From contig NIVC01001672.1 in the NCBI GenBank assembly GCA_002269645.1, forward strand, positions 1-64,000: a stretch of 64,000 bases of DNA. Direction: 5' to 3'. The first letter of the stretch is position 1. Every line of letters begins with the position of its first letter. Both the position numbers and the translations under genes were made by a program. Shown here piece after piece: positions 13,127 through 31,183 of the stretch. The stretch comes from Macrostomum lignano (Eukaryota). Below the pieces are notes generated by a model. The model was not told where the DNA came from. It saw nothing but the letters and a program-made list of their open reading frames with translations, and did not search any database.

Positions 13127-15959
13127 CACAGGCATAGAGACAGGCAGACACACACACACAGACAGACAGACAGACAGACACACACACACACACACACACA
13201 GACAGACAGACACACAGGCATAGAGACAGGCAGACACACACACACAGACAGACAGACAGACACACACACACACATACAAACAAACAGACAGACAGACACA
13301 CAGGCATAGAGACAGGCAGACACACACACAGACAGACAGACACACACACACACACACATACAGACAGACAGACACACAGGCATAGAGACAGGCAGACACA
13401 CACACACACACAGACAGACAGACAGACAGACAGACACACAGGCATAGAGACAGGCAGACACACACACACACATACAGACAGACAGACAGACAGACACACA
13501 GGCATAGAGACAGGCAGACACACACACACACAGAGACAGACAGACAGATAGAGATTCCAGACACAAAGACTGATAGGCCTCAGATGCAGAGGCCCTAGAA
13601 AGTTCTAACTCACTGAGGGCCCAAAATGACAGAGGCTGTTTTACAGCCGTAAATGCTCCTGGGTCCGGTCGGCCCAGTGCTCGTAAAAATACAATAAAAA
13701 GCTGCAACCAGATGTGCTTACGTCCTCATTAGTAGAGACCTCGCGGCACATGAGCAGCACATGGAAGCCGGCCAGGCCCATCACTGACCAGATGGAGAAG
13801 AAGGCCACCAAAGCCACCAAGATAGTGCAAGCGGCAATTTTGATTTTTTGTTCGGTTAAGGAAAAAGTCATGATACTTTTGCGGCACAAAAATAAATAAA
13901 AACACAAAATAAAAATTATTACTCCCTTAATTCGATAATTTTAGCGAATAAAAAGGATATCTTGCAGGCGACTCTTTCAATGCGTCAAATAAGTTGTCCT
14001 TGGCCTTCGCAACTGAAAGAGAAAGGATAAAAAGATGCGTTCTTAGTATTGACTTTCAAAAACCAGTTCAATGCCTAGGGTGTGGCTGCTCAGCCTGAGG
14101 ATCTGGGAGGCTGGCTACTCAGTCAGAGTATCAGGGAGGCTGGCTACTCAGCCTGAGGATCTGGGAGGCTGGCTGCTCAGCCTGAGGATCTGGGAGGCTG
14201 GCTGCTCAGCCTGAGGATCTGGGAGGCTGGCTGCTCAGCCTGAGGATCTGGGAGTGTGACTGCTAAGAGAATATTCGTAGCAACAAGAGTTCACAAATAA
14301 AATTGTACTCACGAATGGCAATATTGGCAATGGAGAACACCATAATGTAGACGCAGTACACGGATAGACTGGCCAGAAACATGAAAAAGTATCGATAATT
14401 CCGCCTGCCAACGCAGTTGCCAACCCAGGGGCAGTGGTGATCGAATCTGTCAACGCAATTGTCGCAGCTGGAGCAGTGGCTGGCCCTGGGCGGGCGCCAC
14501 AGTTTGCAGGTGTAGCAGTACTTCAGTTTGAACACGCGACCGCCGATTACAACATCTTTGAGGCGAGGCTGCGGCCTGTAGGCGCCATGCGGCTCGGCTT
14601 TGGGCGGCTCTGGATTGAGAAGAAGAACAGAGGTGTTGAAGGACTTGGATCATTAAGGGGGGATATTTAAGGTAAGAATTCAATTTTAGTAGCTCGTATA
14701 TAGGAGGGACAGGAGCATTAGGAGTCGATTTTCGGAGTACCTACCTACATGAACTTAGAGGGAGATTTAAAAGAAAAATATAAAGCCATTTTTTGCCCTG
14801 TTGAACTATCAAGGGGATCCCTTTGAACGCAGTCACACGAAAGTCAAGTTCACGGGTTAAATTCTTGTTGCACAGCTTCTTTTAAAAACAATGAATAACA
14901 AATCCATGGTCAACCTAGTGCCATCTGTTGAATGTCTAGAAGCTCCACCTCGGTGAAGGCCAGTGACCAACAAAGTCAAAGCTGATGCAGACAAATGCGG
15001 TTGGCGCTCTGATGAAACTTGGAAGCTTGGCAGGGCCGCACTGATGCGCAGTGCTGATTGGCGCACAGGGGTGCATTGAATACACTAGCGCTTAAGCGTC
15101 ACTTGGAAGCTTGGCAGGGCCGCACTGATGCGCAGTGCTGATTGGCGCACATGGGTGCATTGAATACACTAGCGCTTAAGCGTCACTTGGAAGCTTGGCA
15201 GGGCCGCACTGATGCGCAGTGCTGATTGGCGCACAGGGGTGCATTGAATACACTAGCGCTTAAGCGTCACTTGGAAGCTTGGCAGGGCCGCACTGATGCG
15301 CAGTGCTGATTGGCGCACAGGGGTGCATTGAATACACTAGCGCTTAAGCGTCACTTGGAAGCTCGGCAGGGCCGCACTGATGCGCAGTGCTGATTGGCGC
15401 ACAGGGGTGCATTGAATACACTAGCGCTTAAGCATCAACACAACGATTATTGAACGACTCTTTTTTACGATTCTACAACTCACGTGACGCGCTTGTGGCG
15501 CAAGAGTCGCCTCTCCGGCGGCTTTTTGAGTCGTTAAAAAGTAAAAAAAAAGTTGCCCCACAGTCGCTACAGTCACCAGTGAGTTGTTTCCAAAGGCTCT
15601 TTAGCAATTCTTGTGACTGTATTGTCCTCAACGGAATGTTCACTTTAGGACTTACCGATCTCCTCCTCAATCCAGGCTGCCTCCTCAGGCGTGCCCCTGG
15701 GAACAATGCCCGGATCTGAGCAGGTGGTCCTGAAGAGACAGCACAGGACGAATACAAACTGTACAGCGGCAGCTGCTGGGACAGCCGGAGACAGACTGGC
15801 TGCTAAGAACCGACAATCGAATGCGAAGAACAGAGCCGAGCAAATGATGATTAAGCCAAGAGTCAGGTAGAAAATTGCCATATTTCTAGCCATAACGCAG
15901 CGACCACCGCAGGCAATGCGACTGCGGCCGCGATACTCTCGCCAAGGTGGCTCCGGCAT
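11383..15959 (-). CDS. ZDHHC9: DHHC palmitoyltransferase, ZDHHC9/14/18 (Erf2-like) subfamily; exons 15959-15656, 14609-14313, 14012-13961, 13824-13722, 12912-(11383, or an earlier donor near 12529)
   Basis: DPG motif (SDPGIVPR); [48 protein letters not shown]; GLAGFH; TNED; [21 protein letters not shown]. All exon phases are compatible. The 3' end is uncertain, and the exact paralogue (9 vs 14/18) is not resolvable by eye. Confidence 0.93.
11484..12462. repeat. G-rich 19-21-bp minisatellite (GAGGGTATGGAGGGG[A]ACCT)
   Basis: Directly visible; multiple G-runs per unit give G-quadruplex potential. Confidence 0.95.
13081..13550. repeat. Compound (CAGA)n/(CA)n microsatellite with recurring CAGGCATAGAGACAGG unit, in a ZDHHC intron
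   Basis: Directly visible. Confidence 0.95.
13825..13960 (-). other. U12-type (minor spliceosome) AT-AC intron, 136 nt
   Basis: Donor ATATCCTTTT at 13960, branch TCCTTAAC at 13862-13855, acceptor GCAC at 13825. Splicing restores [26 protein letters not shown] in frame. Confidence 0.88.
14085..14253. repeat. 29-bp minisatellite (GCTCAGCCTGAGGATCTGGGAGGCTGGCT), ~5-6 copies
   Basis: Directly visible. Confidence 0.88.
15018..15432. repeat. 84-bp tandem repeat, 5 near-identical copies, in ZDHHC intron 1
   Basis: Units start at 15018, 15102, 15186, 15270, 15354. Confidence 0.95.
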
Positions 15960-17480
15960 GCTTGGCGGCGGGTGAGGAGCGAGTGGACTGGCAGGTCTAA
16001 TTGGGACTTAGCTTAATGCCACATTAGCAACTCCAGGAGCAGGATCTCTTAGCAGTAGAGAGGGATCAGTATCTAGAGGTCAGCAATAAGGATTAATTAA
16101 AGGTATTTGAAGGACTCAGGGGAAATCTAATTGCAATTGGAATTTCTAGCCATAGCAGTGCTATATCAAGTGAGATATATTTTGGCAAGAACAAATCACA
16201 ACAATTAGGGATAAATGGCACAGAAATCTGTTAATAATATATTAACATTCTACAGGACTTGTCAACTTTCAAGTCTGTAAGTGTACACATCCTTGTGCAA
16301 CTAGGCCCCCAGAGACTGGCTTTTGGTGTTGATTATCAGATAGAAATAGGCCTGTCAAATCTTGAAAAATATCATTCAGTTAGATAGGCCCTAGCTATCA
16401 TACTAATTCAAGTTGTAATTATGATAATTGTTCTACCTTCTAAATGAGTTCACTGTTGTTACCAAGTTGTCATAGTGCTGACTTACTTAAAATCTTAACT
16501 GCTATTACCAAAGTTATAATGGGGTTTTACTAATTTCACTAACGCCATCAAGTTGTAATAAACTATAATTAACCTTTGAGCACAAGTCCTAACCCTATTA
16601 GAATAAAATAAAAAGCTATATATGGCATGCAGGGATATAAACATGCTGGTCTATTATAAGTGGCTTTGGCACTCCTATGTAATAAAAAAGTTATATGCTA
16701 GGCAACTAGGCAAATTACTTATCATATATTATAATTCTATTTAGAGAGGCAAATGACTTGTCATATAATTAATCTGCTATTAGCCAGTGCTCTAATGTGC
16801 AATAGGGCATTAATATTCCATGGCATTTAGAACTAGGTTCCAAAAAGACTGCATAGCAATTGGTAGCACAATTGATACCCTAGCTCCCAAAAGGGGATAG
16901 CAAAGAATTTGAACATTCATCTTATCTATTTGTATACAGTGAACTAGCCAAGCTATTGCATTTTCATAGGCCTATTAGTGGTCAATAAGTGGCAATACTA
17001 GAAGCATAGCATGTGTATAACATTATAGTAAAAATGTAGTTGTCATTTGAGACTGCGTAGAATTTCAGATGTTTACTTTATTTTCTTGGTTTTAATATTG
17101 GTTGTTATCTATTGTTTTTATGCCATTTATTTCAATTTTTTATTCTAAAAAATGATAAGGATTATAGAAATAAAAAATCATATTTAACAACCAATAAAAT
17201 AAAAATGATTAAAATAACCTAGCTTTTAATGATTCAATAGATTGTCAAAAAAATTAGGCCTATTTCCTAATTTTTGCAAAAAGTAGAAAATCATAAGCAT
17301 AAAATATCATTTTTCATTTTTCATTTTTGTCTTAACATATTTTTGTATGCAATATAAGTCAGTTGGTGTACATTGGTGTAAAAGACTCAAAGAGCTACGC
17401 CTAGAAAAACAAATTTTGTTCCAGTGAACACTAGGGGCCTAATATACAATGCTAATACTAGAATTTATATACATATATAA

Positions 17481-17642
17481 AGGAATTTCTTTTAATTAAA
17501 ACAAATTGAAATCAAATTTCCAAACTTATTTTTATATTAACCAAACTAATATTATATTACATTATTATTATATACATAAGAAAATATATAAAAATAAGTT
17601 TGGAAATTTGATTTCAATTTGTTTTAATTAAAAGAAATTCCT
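17481..17642. repeat. Perfect 57-bp inverted repeat with 48-bp spacer (foldback/hairpin)
   Basis: 17481-17537 is the exact reverse complement of 17586-17642. Confidence 0.9.
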
Positions 17643-17928
17643 AGGTTTCAATAGCTTATAGGCCTACAATAATAACTTCTGATCAAAGAATACAACTTAC
17701 AAGTGATTAGGCCTAGAATAATGCCAATGCCAAGCAAACTAAACATAATGTTCATAATTTCTAGAGGTACTATTATTATTAAAATGTTCATTGCTTTTAA
17801 AAAATTTCAGAAATTTTTTAAAGGGGGCCCAGATTAATAAGTTATGCCTACTTAGTAATTGATTTTTATGCATTCGATGATTTATTACCAAAAAAATCTA
17901 ACTCGATTCAAACTAGGCCTAACCGCGA

Positions 17929-18329
17929 CAATGTCCTAGTTTCTCGTATTAAATTATTTTGACCCAATTTTTGTCATTTTCAGCACAAATCATGGCTGGA
18001 TGACTTCGAGCACTGCAAATATCATACCTCCTGCTACTTTGCAGCCATCAACTGACCTCTGTGACCTTGAGATCAGTCACTGCGATCTGGTACTGTTGAC
18101 AGTTGATGCTGAGTCGACTATGCATTGGCTGGCAACCTATCATCTAATAGCAAACTCATGGAACTGCAGCCACCGTCAGGAAGCTTTCTGTACTGGCTGA
18201 CACATTACTACACCGTGTAATACTCCTTTTAAGACCTAAGACTCATTTTAAACTTTTAATAAACTTGCTTTTGTTTGTTTATTTTAAATTTCGGGTCAAA
18301 ATAATTTAACGCGGGAAACTAGGACATTG
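17929..18329. mobile_element. MITE-like element with 37-bp TIRs
   Basis: 17929-17965 vs 18293-18329 inverted, 3 mismatches; no TSD found. Confidence 0.65.
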
Positions 18330-18890
18330 CCAAAACCGCTACTGCACTGCAACAGAACAGACCGATGTTATCGCAGGTCGTTTTGGTCTAAAATTTACTA
18401 ACGAATACAATTTTTCATGGCTTTTAAATTTTATAAATTTTAAATTCATCTCTGCATGACAGATGATACTGCATGGCATCGGAGTCGGACTAATTCAATA
18501 CGACGACAATAAGCTGACAACCATCAGTCAATTTTCTTAGAAAAAAGGACAAAAAAAGTATTTTAATAAAGAATTAAAAATATACTTAATAGCTTAAACA
18601 AAACATGTTAAAATTCTAAACTAAAAAAGCTTTTTTAGACTTCCAAACTCATCTAAGATACTAAAAAACCCAGAGCGAAGACAGACTAAAAAAGAATGGC
18701 ACAGTTTTAGTAACGATCGTTTGCAATGTGATTCAGGTTGGAATGCCGTATTGACAGCTGACTGTATAGTATGTGAGCATCAGGTATTTAAGATGTAATT
18801 AAACGATGCTTAGTTTGTCCTTTAGTTTATATTTTCCATTTTCCATTTGGTTTGAGAAAGAAGCCAAATTCTGCCAAAATAAGTGATGTC

Positions 18891-19280
18891 CAGTAGAGTA
18901 GCTAGGAGGGGGGGATACGGGGATATATCCCCCCATTTTGATGATTTATAGGAAACAAAAAGATTTTTTGAAAAAAATGCAAAATAAAGCGGCTTAGACC
19001 TATCAAAATTGCCAAAAATTGGCCTTTTCACTCGTAAATTACTATTAAAATGTTTTAAACGATATTTCCACGAATACCTAGTTCCTAAAATGCCATGTAG
19101 TCAGGACAGACGTCTGCCGGCTTTTCTGATTTTAACAAAATAAAGTTTTTTAGCCTAATAAACATGGTTTTGGTACTTTAAATGCATTTTTAGCAGAAAA
19201 ATCGCCAAAAAACTATTTTATTAGTATACAATTTTGTCCCTTTAAGTTATCCCCTCTTTAAAATCCTAGCTACGCTACTG
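18891..19280. mobile_element. hAT-type MITE (390 bp)
   Basis: TIR CAGTAG(A/C)GTAGCTAGGA (17 bp, 1 mismatch); perfect 8-bp TSD GTGATGTC (18883-18890, 19281-19288). Confidence 0.92.
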
Positions 19281-20075
19281 GTGATGTCATAAGGCATTAA
19301 TCTAAAACCAGTGACTGATCCGGGCACACAATGCGATGCACTTTAAAATTAACCAAAAAGAAACTTGATGTCTTTTTATAATTGACTGGAACGCATGTTT
19401 CAGCGAAAAAAAGTCTAATTTAACAGCAAGACATAAGGCGAGGCAAAAAATTAAAGAAAATACAAAATATCAAATAATCTAGATGGGTATTCATTGCATT
19501 CTGTGTCTCCAAAAAATATCTGAATCAAGCAGATGCACAAAATGATAAGCAGAATCTGGAATCGATCGCGAAAACAAATCACAATTTGGCTGGAGAAAAA
19601 ACGACGGAAAATTCCGACAAAAAAGGACGGAGGTAAAAATCAGCTTTTGTGGACAGAAAAAAATCTGGATGCAATAAATCAAAGAAACATTATATAGGTA
19701 TCTAATAGCTGAAAATTGGCAGATGTACAGATATTTAATACATATATATTAAAAATAGTATATATTTTATAATAATAATTTGGCCCGATAGAGAATGAAG
19801 GAAACTTAGCGACTTTTGGCAGACGCGTCGGAATAAAAATTCCTGTGGCGCAGAAAAAAACATAATGACAGACTTGAAATCGAAAAGGATTTGAGCAAAA
19901 TGAAAATCATTAATAAGCATAAATTTAAATGTAAAAAATCAACAAAGAGATTGGTCTAGTATTAAAGTTGTTTCTATTATAGATTTTGATCTGATATACA
20001 GAGTGTATCTTTTATTAAACTCCTATTCGACATTAAGTTTGCCTAAACGATTGGTGATTCAAAGCTTTAACAAGA

Positions 20076-24554
<4,479 letters not shown>

Positions 24555-26814
24555 GATTGTCTGCTCAATCAAAATCAATTTTTTTCATAAAAAAAGAAAA
24601 AAATTCAAGGTTTTATTGTACTAGTTTAATAATCTATTAAAAGAAACTTTTAAATGCATTAGCCTAATATCTTGGCTATTGCTTATAACATTTTTAAATT
24701 ATTTTAATTTATAACATAGCTAATACAAATAGTAACCATTTAAAAAGTAAATATAAACTATATAGCCTAGCTTTAATAAGACTTAATTTCTTCTATTATG
24801 ATCATATATATATATATATATATATATATGTTGAGCCATAAAAATGACTATTATGATATATTTTAAAGCTAATTGTAACAATATATAATAGTGCTTGAAT
24901 ATTTTACAATTTATTAGGCCTAGTGTAGCCTAATAGTACCCAAATATATAATGTTTTCTTAGAAACAAAATCTGCACAAAATACTAGATACAATTTTTGT
25001 TTTAATGCACCAAATGTTTTTGTTTTAATGCACAAAATAAATCAAGGAATTATTTTTTTGTTTTAATTGGATAGGGGAAAATTATTATAAATAGGAGCAA
25101 GTTTTTTATCAAATAAACCAATTGCTCAATTGTCTGTTTTGTGAGCTATCTAATAGCAATTCAACCTAAACATTCTTAGAGCTTTCAAGTCAAGAGTTAT
25201 TCATTTTTCAAAGTTAAAGAACAGTTCAGAGAAATTTGCTAAGAGAGAGAGTTAGGAAGCAATCTAGAGAGATATTCTAAAGAGCTACATTATGACCCTC
25301 TGATCCCAGTAATGCCTAGATTGGAAAAGTACATGTACTAGTAAGACTGCTCAGGCCAAGATGACTAAGAATGCTACCAGAACATTATTAGAATGCTAGG
25401 GCATATTCATATAACTATGTGAATTTTTTATTCTATGTACATTTGTATTGTACGTGTCTTGTGCCTAAAAACCATTGAAATGGCACAGCTCGGCTCTTTG
25501 GTTTTATGAGTCTATTGTATCATTCTTAGCTGACTGTGTAACAAATATTTGTAAAAGAGATGATAAAATAGATTCATAAAACCAAAGATTCGAGTTTTGT
25601 CATGCATTTTCATAAATTTTAGGTACAGGAAATCGAAATGTACGTAGAATGAAAAATTCACATAGAATACTAATTTTCTGAACGAAAAGCTCCATGGATA
25701 TCAATAGAGCAATAAGAAAGGCACAACGTATCAAAAGATGAACACTGGATCTGCCTCCTATCAAAAGCAATAGCAATTTTTGTGCTGAAAAAATGAAAAC
25801 TTTCTATCTCCGTAGTGTATTTTTTCGGGAAAACCTGCCTTCTAAAATTTTCTAAGAAACGAGGTTTCCCATCTTTCTACTTAAGTCGTCCAAGGTTGCG
25901 CCTACTAACAAAAACACAGGGTAGCCCTTTTGTTGTCATTAATTGGTGATGAGGATCATTATGTCAAAAATACCTAAAATAAACAGCAACTGAACCTAAA
26001 CACAAATAACTTAGACAATAACAAATAAAGTAAATTAGACCGATAGTAGATTTTAGCTCTAAAAAAACCTCTTATCCATCTTGATTTCTAATCGGTGCGC
26101 AGCACTAAATGGTCGTCACAGTAAATACTGATCATCGATTATAACGAACGCGTGGCTTATGTTTGCATTAGGTAACTTAGTGACCAACAGAGTTCTGGCG
26201 ATAAATTGGAGTTGTAGTGAATCAATTTTCATGCTCGTATCTCCAGGAGATCCCCAGCAAACAAAGGAGTCACTAAATCAAGCTTTATAAGAAACTGTCA
26301 CTATATAGCCAGTCTACCGTATTTTGCAGCAGGGACCTTACACTTTACACTGTAACATGTTGCCTCTCGATAAACATCAGCAGTTTTGCGTGTTGTATTC
26401 CAGATTTTTTTGGAAAGCATACCGGTAGGTGAACCTTCACTAGCCAGGGAAGAAAATCATAGCTCAACCTGCGCATGCAATTCGATTCTGATGTAATTAA
26501 AATTAATGTAATTCGATTCTGAAAAGACGAAAACGGTTCATTGGTAGGACGTACTTGCTTAAGTAGAAATTATCGGTTAATTATTGGTGTTGGATATAAG
26601 ATGACGTAACGAGTTGGAATTATTGAAAAACGACTTCTACCCGGTATTTTGTATTTGGAAACTCCCAAATGTCCATAACTTTATAAAAAATATCACATAA
26701 ACCTGCGCTAACATGTACATTTTACATGTACATTTTAACAAAAAAACAACAACTAACAAACAAACTAACAAAAACAAAAACCTCCGGGGAACAAAGTACA
26801 GTTCAAAAAAGGGC

Positions 26815-27700
26815 GGTGTCAGTCGATCAGTTTCCTCTGCGCGAGCTCTCTGAAGGCGGCTATAAACAGCGTGCGACTGGCCGATCACCCCAGCGTCACC
26901 CAAGCCAGGCAATCCACGTAGCGGCGCGTCCGGCCTTAAACCCGGCGCCAGGGTGCCCTGCATCGTGAGCAGCAAGACGTGATGCACCAATTGAGGGCGC
27001 AGTAGTGTAGGCCTCCGCACGGATAGTGTGGCACGCCATGCAGTTGAAGTCTTTGCCTGTGGGGGGTCTCGCTAGGCGGTCGCAGCCCAGCACTAGTAGA
27101 GGACAGCGTCGGAGATTACGTCGGGATATCTGATGCTGAAGACGGCTCGATCGCAGCAGGGCCAAGTGTGCTGCGTCTAGCCGCTTCTCCAGAGCCTCGG
27201 TCTGCGCGTACTCCACGTCTTGGCGTTGTAGGTCAAGACGGTTTCGACTACTGCCTGAAACAGCCGAGACCTCAAGCGGTCTGGCAGCGCGGTGTTCTGC
27301 AGGACCACCCGGATAGAGCGGAAGGCCGCTCAGGCCAGGCCCCAGCGTTGCACCAAATCCTCCTGGACAATGGGCACTGAGTTTCTGCATGACCGTTGAC
27401 GCCCCAAAGGTGATGTTGATAGGCAGCTCCGCAGGTAAAGTCATCACAGCTCTGTCTTCTCTGTCTGTTTTCTGTCTTCCGGCACTACGGTAAGTTCTAG
27501 TGCTCAATTGGACCTCGTCTGGACCAGCTGTCTTTCCTCCGTGGGACCTTGCCTGCAGGACCACTTCGCTTCTGTGAATGGGTCCGGCGTTGAAATCCTC
27601 CTCCTTCGGCAGGGGCACTTCGGGGGAAAAGCATGTCGCCTAGCTGTGCCGCGGAGCGGCCCATTGTGACAGAAGAATAGTGTGACAGTTTCACAGGGGA
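26815..27700 (-). mobile_element. Degenerate RTE-clade non-LTR retrotransposon fragment with internal deletion
   Basis: EEDFNAGPIHRSEVV..GKTAGPDEV joined to the C-terminal ALEKRLDAAH...RRYVDCL region; homologous to 29933-30306 and 56055-57000. Confidence 0.8.
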
Positions 27701-29932
27701 TTAGGGCGTTTAATGCTCTTTCTTTTCTACGAGCCGTATATTTAAATTTCAGATTGGTTTAGGGTTAGGGTTAGGGTGACAATAGATGCTTCGATCATAC
27801 ACCTATTATTATGTACATGTGCAGCAAAGTACTTGTCTTAGCATTATATAAAATGTAAATAAATGAGCTTGCACATGCATACATATATGTGTTTGGATGT
27901 ATAAGAGGTACACCCACAGACAGGTATACTGTTCTATTCTGTAAGAAACTCTGACAGCACTAAGAATGATTGAACTTGAACACAACATATGTCATCCCGA
28001 AAACGAAAATGTACATGCACATGTAAAAGCAGCTAACTACGTAACTGCAGTTTTGCATGCGTAATTTGCATGCGTAGCTACTGTACGTGAATATGCACGA
28101 TGAAAATCATGCATTGCATTTTTCATTTACGTATAATAAGTTTATTTCTATTCATGTTTTTTTTATTTTTCGGAATCTGAAGCATCGGCTGAGGACTTGC
28201 ATCGGCCCCACTTGCTGATTGAGGCCACTCCGATCTATGAGTGTATACCAAAATGAATCCATATAAATTCATTTGAAACAGGTGCGCTCGTGACAGCGCG
28301 TAGGACTAAATGCAAAAGTAGGCCTACGCCAGCGATTCAAACAAAAAAACTGGCTATCCTGTAGATAGGAGTCTTTTAATGAAAAGTGACTTCGCTGCAC
28401 AGCTGCTAAACTGTACGTAATACAATTGTCAGATTTTAAATCTTCGACTGGCCGGGTTTAATGCGTATCTCCTCCTAGATGGCTGGCAACTCAAATGCGG
28501 GACTTATATATATATATATATCAATGCAGAATTTTCCTACTCAACTATTTTAATCCTACACAGGCTATTTTAATGTTGAAAATGTAAAAGTTAAGTCTGT
28601 TAAAAAAAGCAGAAAAAAAATTTTGTAACCTTCTTTGGCCCCTTTTCTGCTCTGAACTGAAAATTTGCATCAATTTTGAGTTATTGCGTTGTGACGTTGC
28701 CAGTTTAAGGTGGTCCCGCAAAAGGGCCGTTGGACTGCAGTTTCTCTACAATCTCTCATTTTAAATTCTCCTATCGTTTATTTTAACGTTTACTTGTAGT
28801 AGTGCCCAACGAATCTGTGTCCATCGCTAAATCACTGCGTACTTTGCAATCCTTGCATGCGACCATAGAAAACTTGCACGATCGATAATTTCAAGTTCTT
28901 TAGCCAGCCAATGAAAACTCCACTTATGTTTTATGCTAACCCTTCCGCGCTCCTTTATTAACCCCCGCCTGGCGGCGGCCTGGGGGGTCTTCACTTGTCT
29001 TGTCTTGTCTTGTCTTGTTTCCTTCTCTCTCCTGGCTCTCCGCCTGCCTTACCTCTCGCCACGGCTCCACTCGCCAGCCAGACTTGTTTACGCCTCTCCC
29101 GCCAAGTTGTACTTCTACCACGGCTAACGCCAGCTCTCCGCCGTTTCTGCCTACTCACGACCGCTACTCACTGCCACTGCCTCAGCGCCATCCTTCATCG
29201 TCTACTCATCTCATCTTATCATCAACTCGTTGTTGCAGCCGCCAGTGCCCATACTGTTATCGCCTCTGTAATTCCATTACTATTTTGAGAAAAATATAAA
29301 AGCCAAGACCACAACGAATTTAACCAACGGTCTATTAATAAGTGCTACCGCTACACAAACCGCTACGCCGCCATAGTTCAATTCGCCTTCCTTTTGAACT
29401 ACAACGACAATTCTCGTCAAAACGGCCCTTTTAAGGGTTACAGTCACTACCACTCAACGTGACAGCGTCACAACTTTTTCCTATCTCGGCAGTGCATTTT
29501 CTCTCCAGTGGAGGGGTGGCGGCATTCTCAGTGGCTGCGTGTGTACATTCTGACCCTGGCTGACTAGCGGACTGTATCTGGCTACTGTGTCGAGATTCAA
29601 TTGCTTTTTTATCGTCGCCTTTCAATAGTCAGCCCTGTGTATTAGCTATGCAGTAAAATTCAATGAATGTTGGATGCTTCAATGCTTCAAAATCGGGAAC
29701 TTTTAAACGCTAACTATTCCTCGAGTCTTAAAATTTGAGAGGAGAGACTTATATTGCTGGAAAGATCCTGCAATGCTGAGTTCGAGGATATACTGTAAGT
29801 TGTTTGCTTTAAATATGAAAACCGAAAGCACATTATTCAAAATACTATTTCCATACTTTTAACTTTTTGCAAAGATTGTACTCATTTTTGCGAGACGCAA
29901 TAGATAAATGTGGGGGGGGGTTCAACTTCTAA

Positions 29933-30306
29933 CTGCCGCTGGCCTGCTGCGCGCCGCCTTCAACATCGGCGTCGAGCGAGTCAACAACGCGGCACTTTAT
30001 CGTCGCGCTGGCCTGCCACGTCCAAGCGATCTACTGCGCCGTCGGCGACTCCAGCTCGCAGGCCATCTCATCCGCGCCGAGTCGTACTGCCCACAGCCGG
30101 TGCAGGAGGTGCTGCTGCTCACGCTGCAGGCACCCTACCGGCGAGGTCAAGCGCGAACTCGGCGTTACGTCGACTGTCTGCTGGCTGACGCTGGCGCCCC
30201 GGACACTGCCGGTGGCGCGGCCTTTGTTCGCGTCCAAGCCATGAAGCACGCCCTGTGACGCTGACTTTTGCCATCCTGAAAGCGTATTTTGTTGTTGTTG
30301 TTGTTG
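29933..30306 (+). mobile_element. 5'-truncated RTE-clade retrotransposon 3' end with (TTG)n tail
   Basis: LLRAAFNI..RVNNAALYRRAGLPRPSDLLRRRRLQLAGHLIRAE...RRYVDCLLADAG, stop codon, short UTR, TTG microsatellite tail typical of RTE. Confidence 0.85.
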
Positions 30307-31183
30307 CCGCTGTGTATTGGAAGGGGGTCGGTCGCTGTGTATTGGAGGGTTGATTTAGATTTCGTAACTATTTTGTTAACTTTAACTGAGACTGATACCG
30401 ACTGACGGAGAAATAGATTAGCGCCGCAGGCACTCATTTTAGCGCCGCAGGCACTCATACGTCATCAATTGGTTCAATTAACCCTAACCCTAACCAGTGA
30501 TTTCAATTTCAAATTCTTAGTATATTAGATTGGCGGAGATAATATTGTTAGATGTCGTTTAACAGAAGGAATTTTGATAGAATTCAGTTTCATGAAGAGA
30601 ATTTGATAAAGTTCTGTTTCGCGGAGACGATTTGGAAGATAGGATTCCGGTCATGGGATTCAGCTGATGGATTTCAGGGAATGGAATTCTGGCGATGGGA
30701 GTTCTAACCCCTTCTCCTCCAACAGAGGAGTTGGCCTCGTTGATCTATCAGATTGATTGCCACGTTGCGCCAGTTCGGAAGTGATGTTGCAGTCGCGATT
30801 ACGCCTTTTACTTGAACGAGCTATACATAATGATGATATTTCGGTTACATTTTGATCGACAGTTTAGGGCTTTCTATGGATTCATGAGTAGGGTAATATA
30901 TAAATGTTTAAACTCAACGAATGCGTAGAAGAGTTTTCAAAATAATTTAACATAAGATAAAATAAGCGTTCCAGTAATGCGTACAGCAATGCCGAGTTGA
31001 GCTGTGAGTTCCTGTCTAGATGTAAATTCATAGTTGAGAGTTCGGTTGTGAGGTTAAAAAAGAAATTAAGAATGCAATACAAGACAATGTGATTGTCTTT
31101 GCACAGAAATTAGTTTTTAAAATTATACCATGATTTTTACAAGAATTTCTTATTGAAGAGTTATGAGTGATTAAAGCATGGAT

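Noticed and set aside
12795-13707. Long Cys/Val/Leu/Ser ORFs (also 22385-23190)
   Set aside because: Antisense translations of CA/CAGA microsatellites
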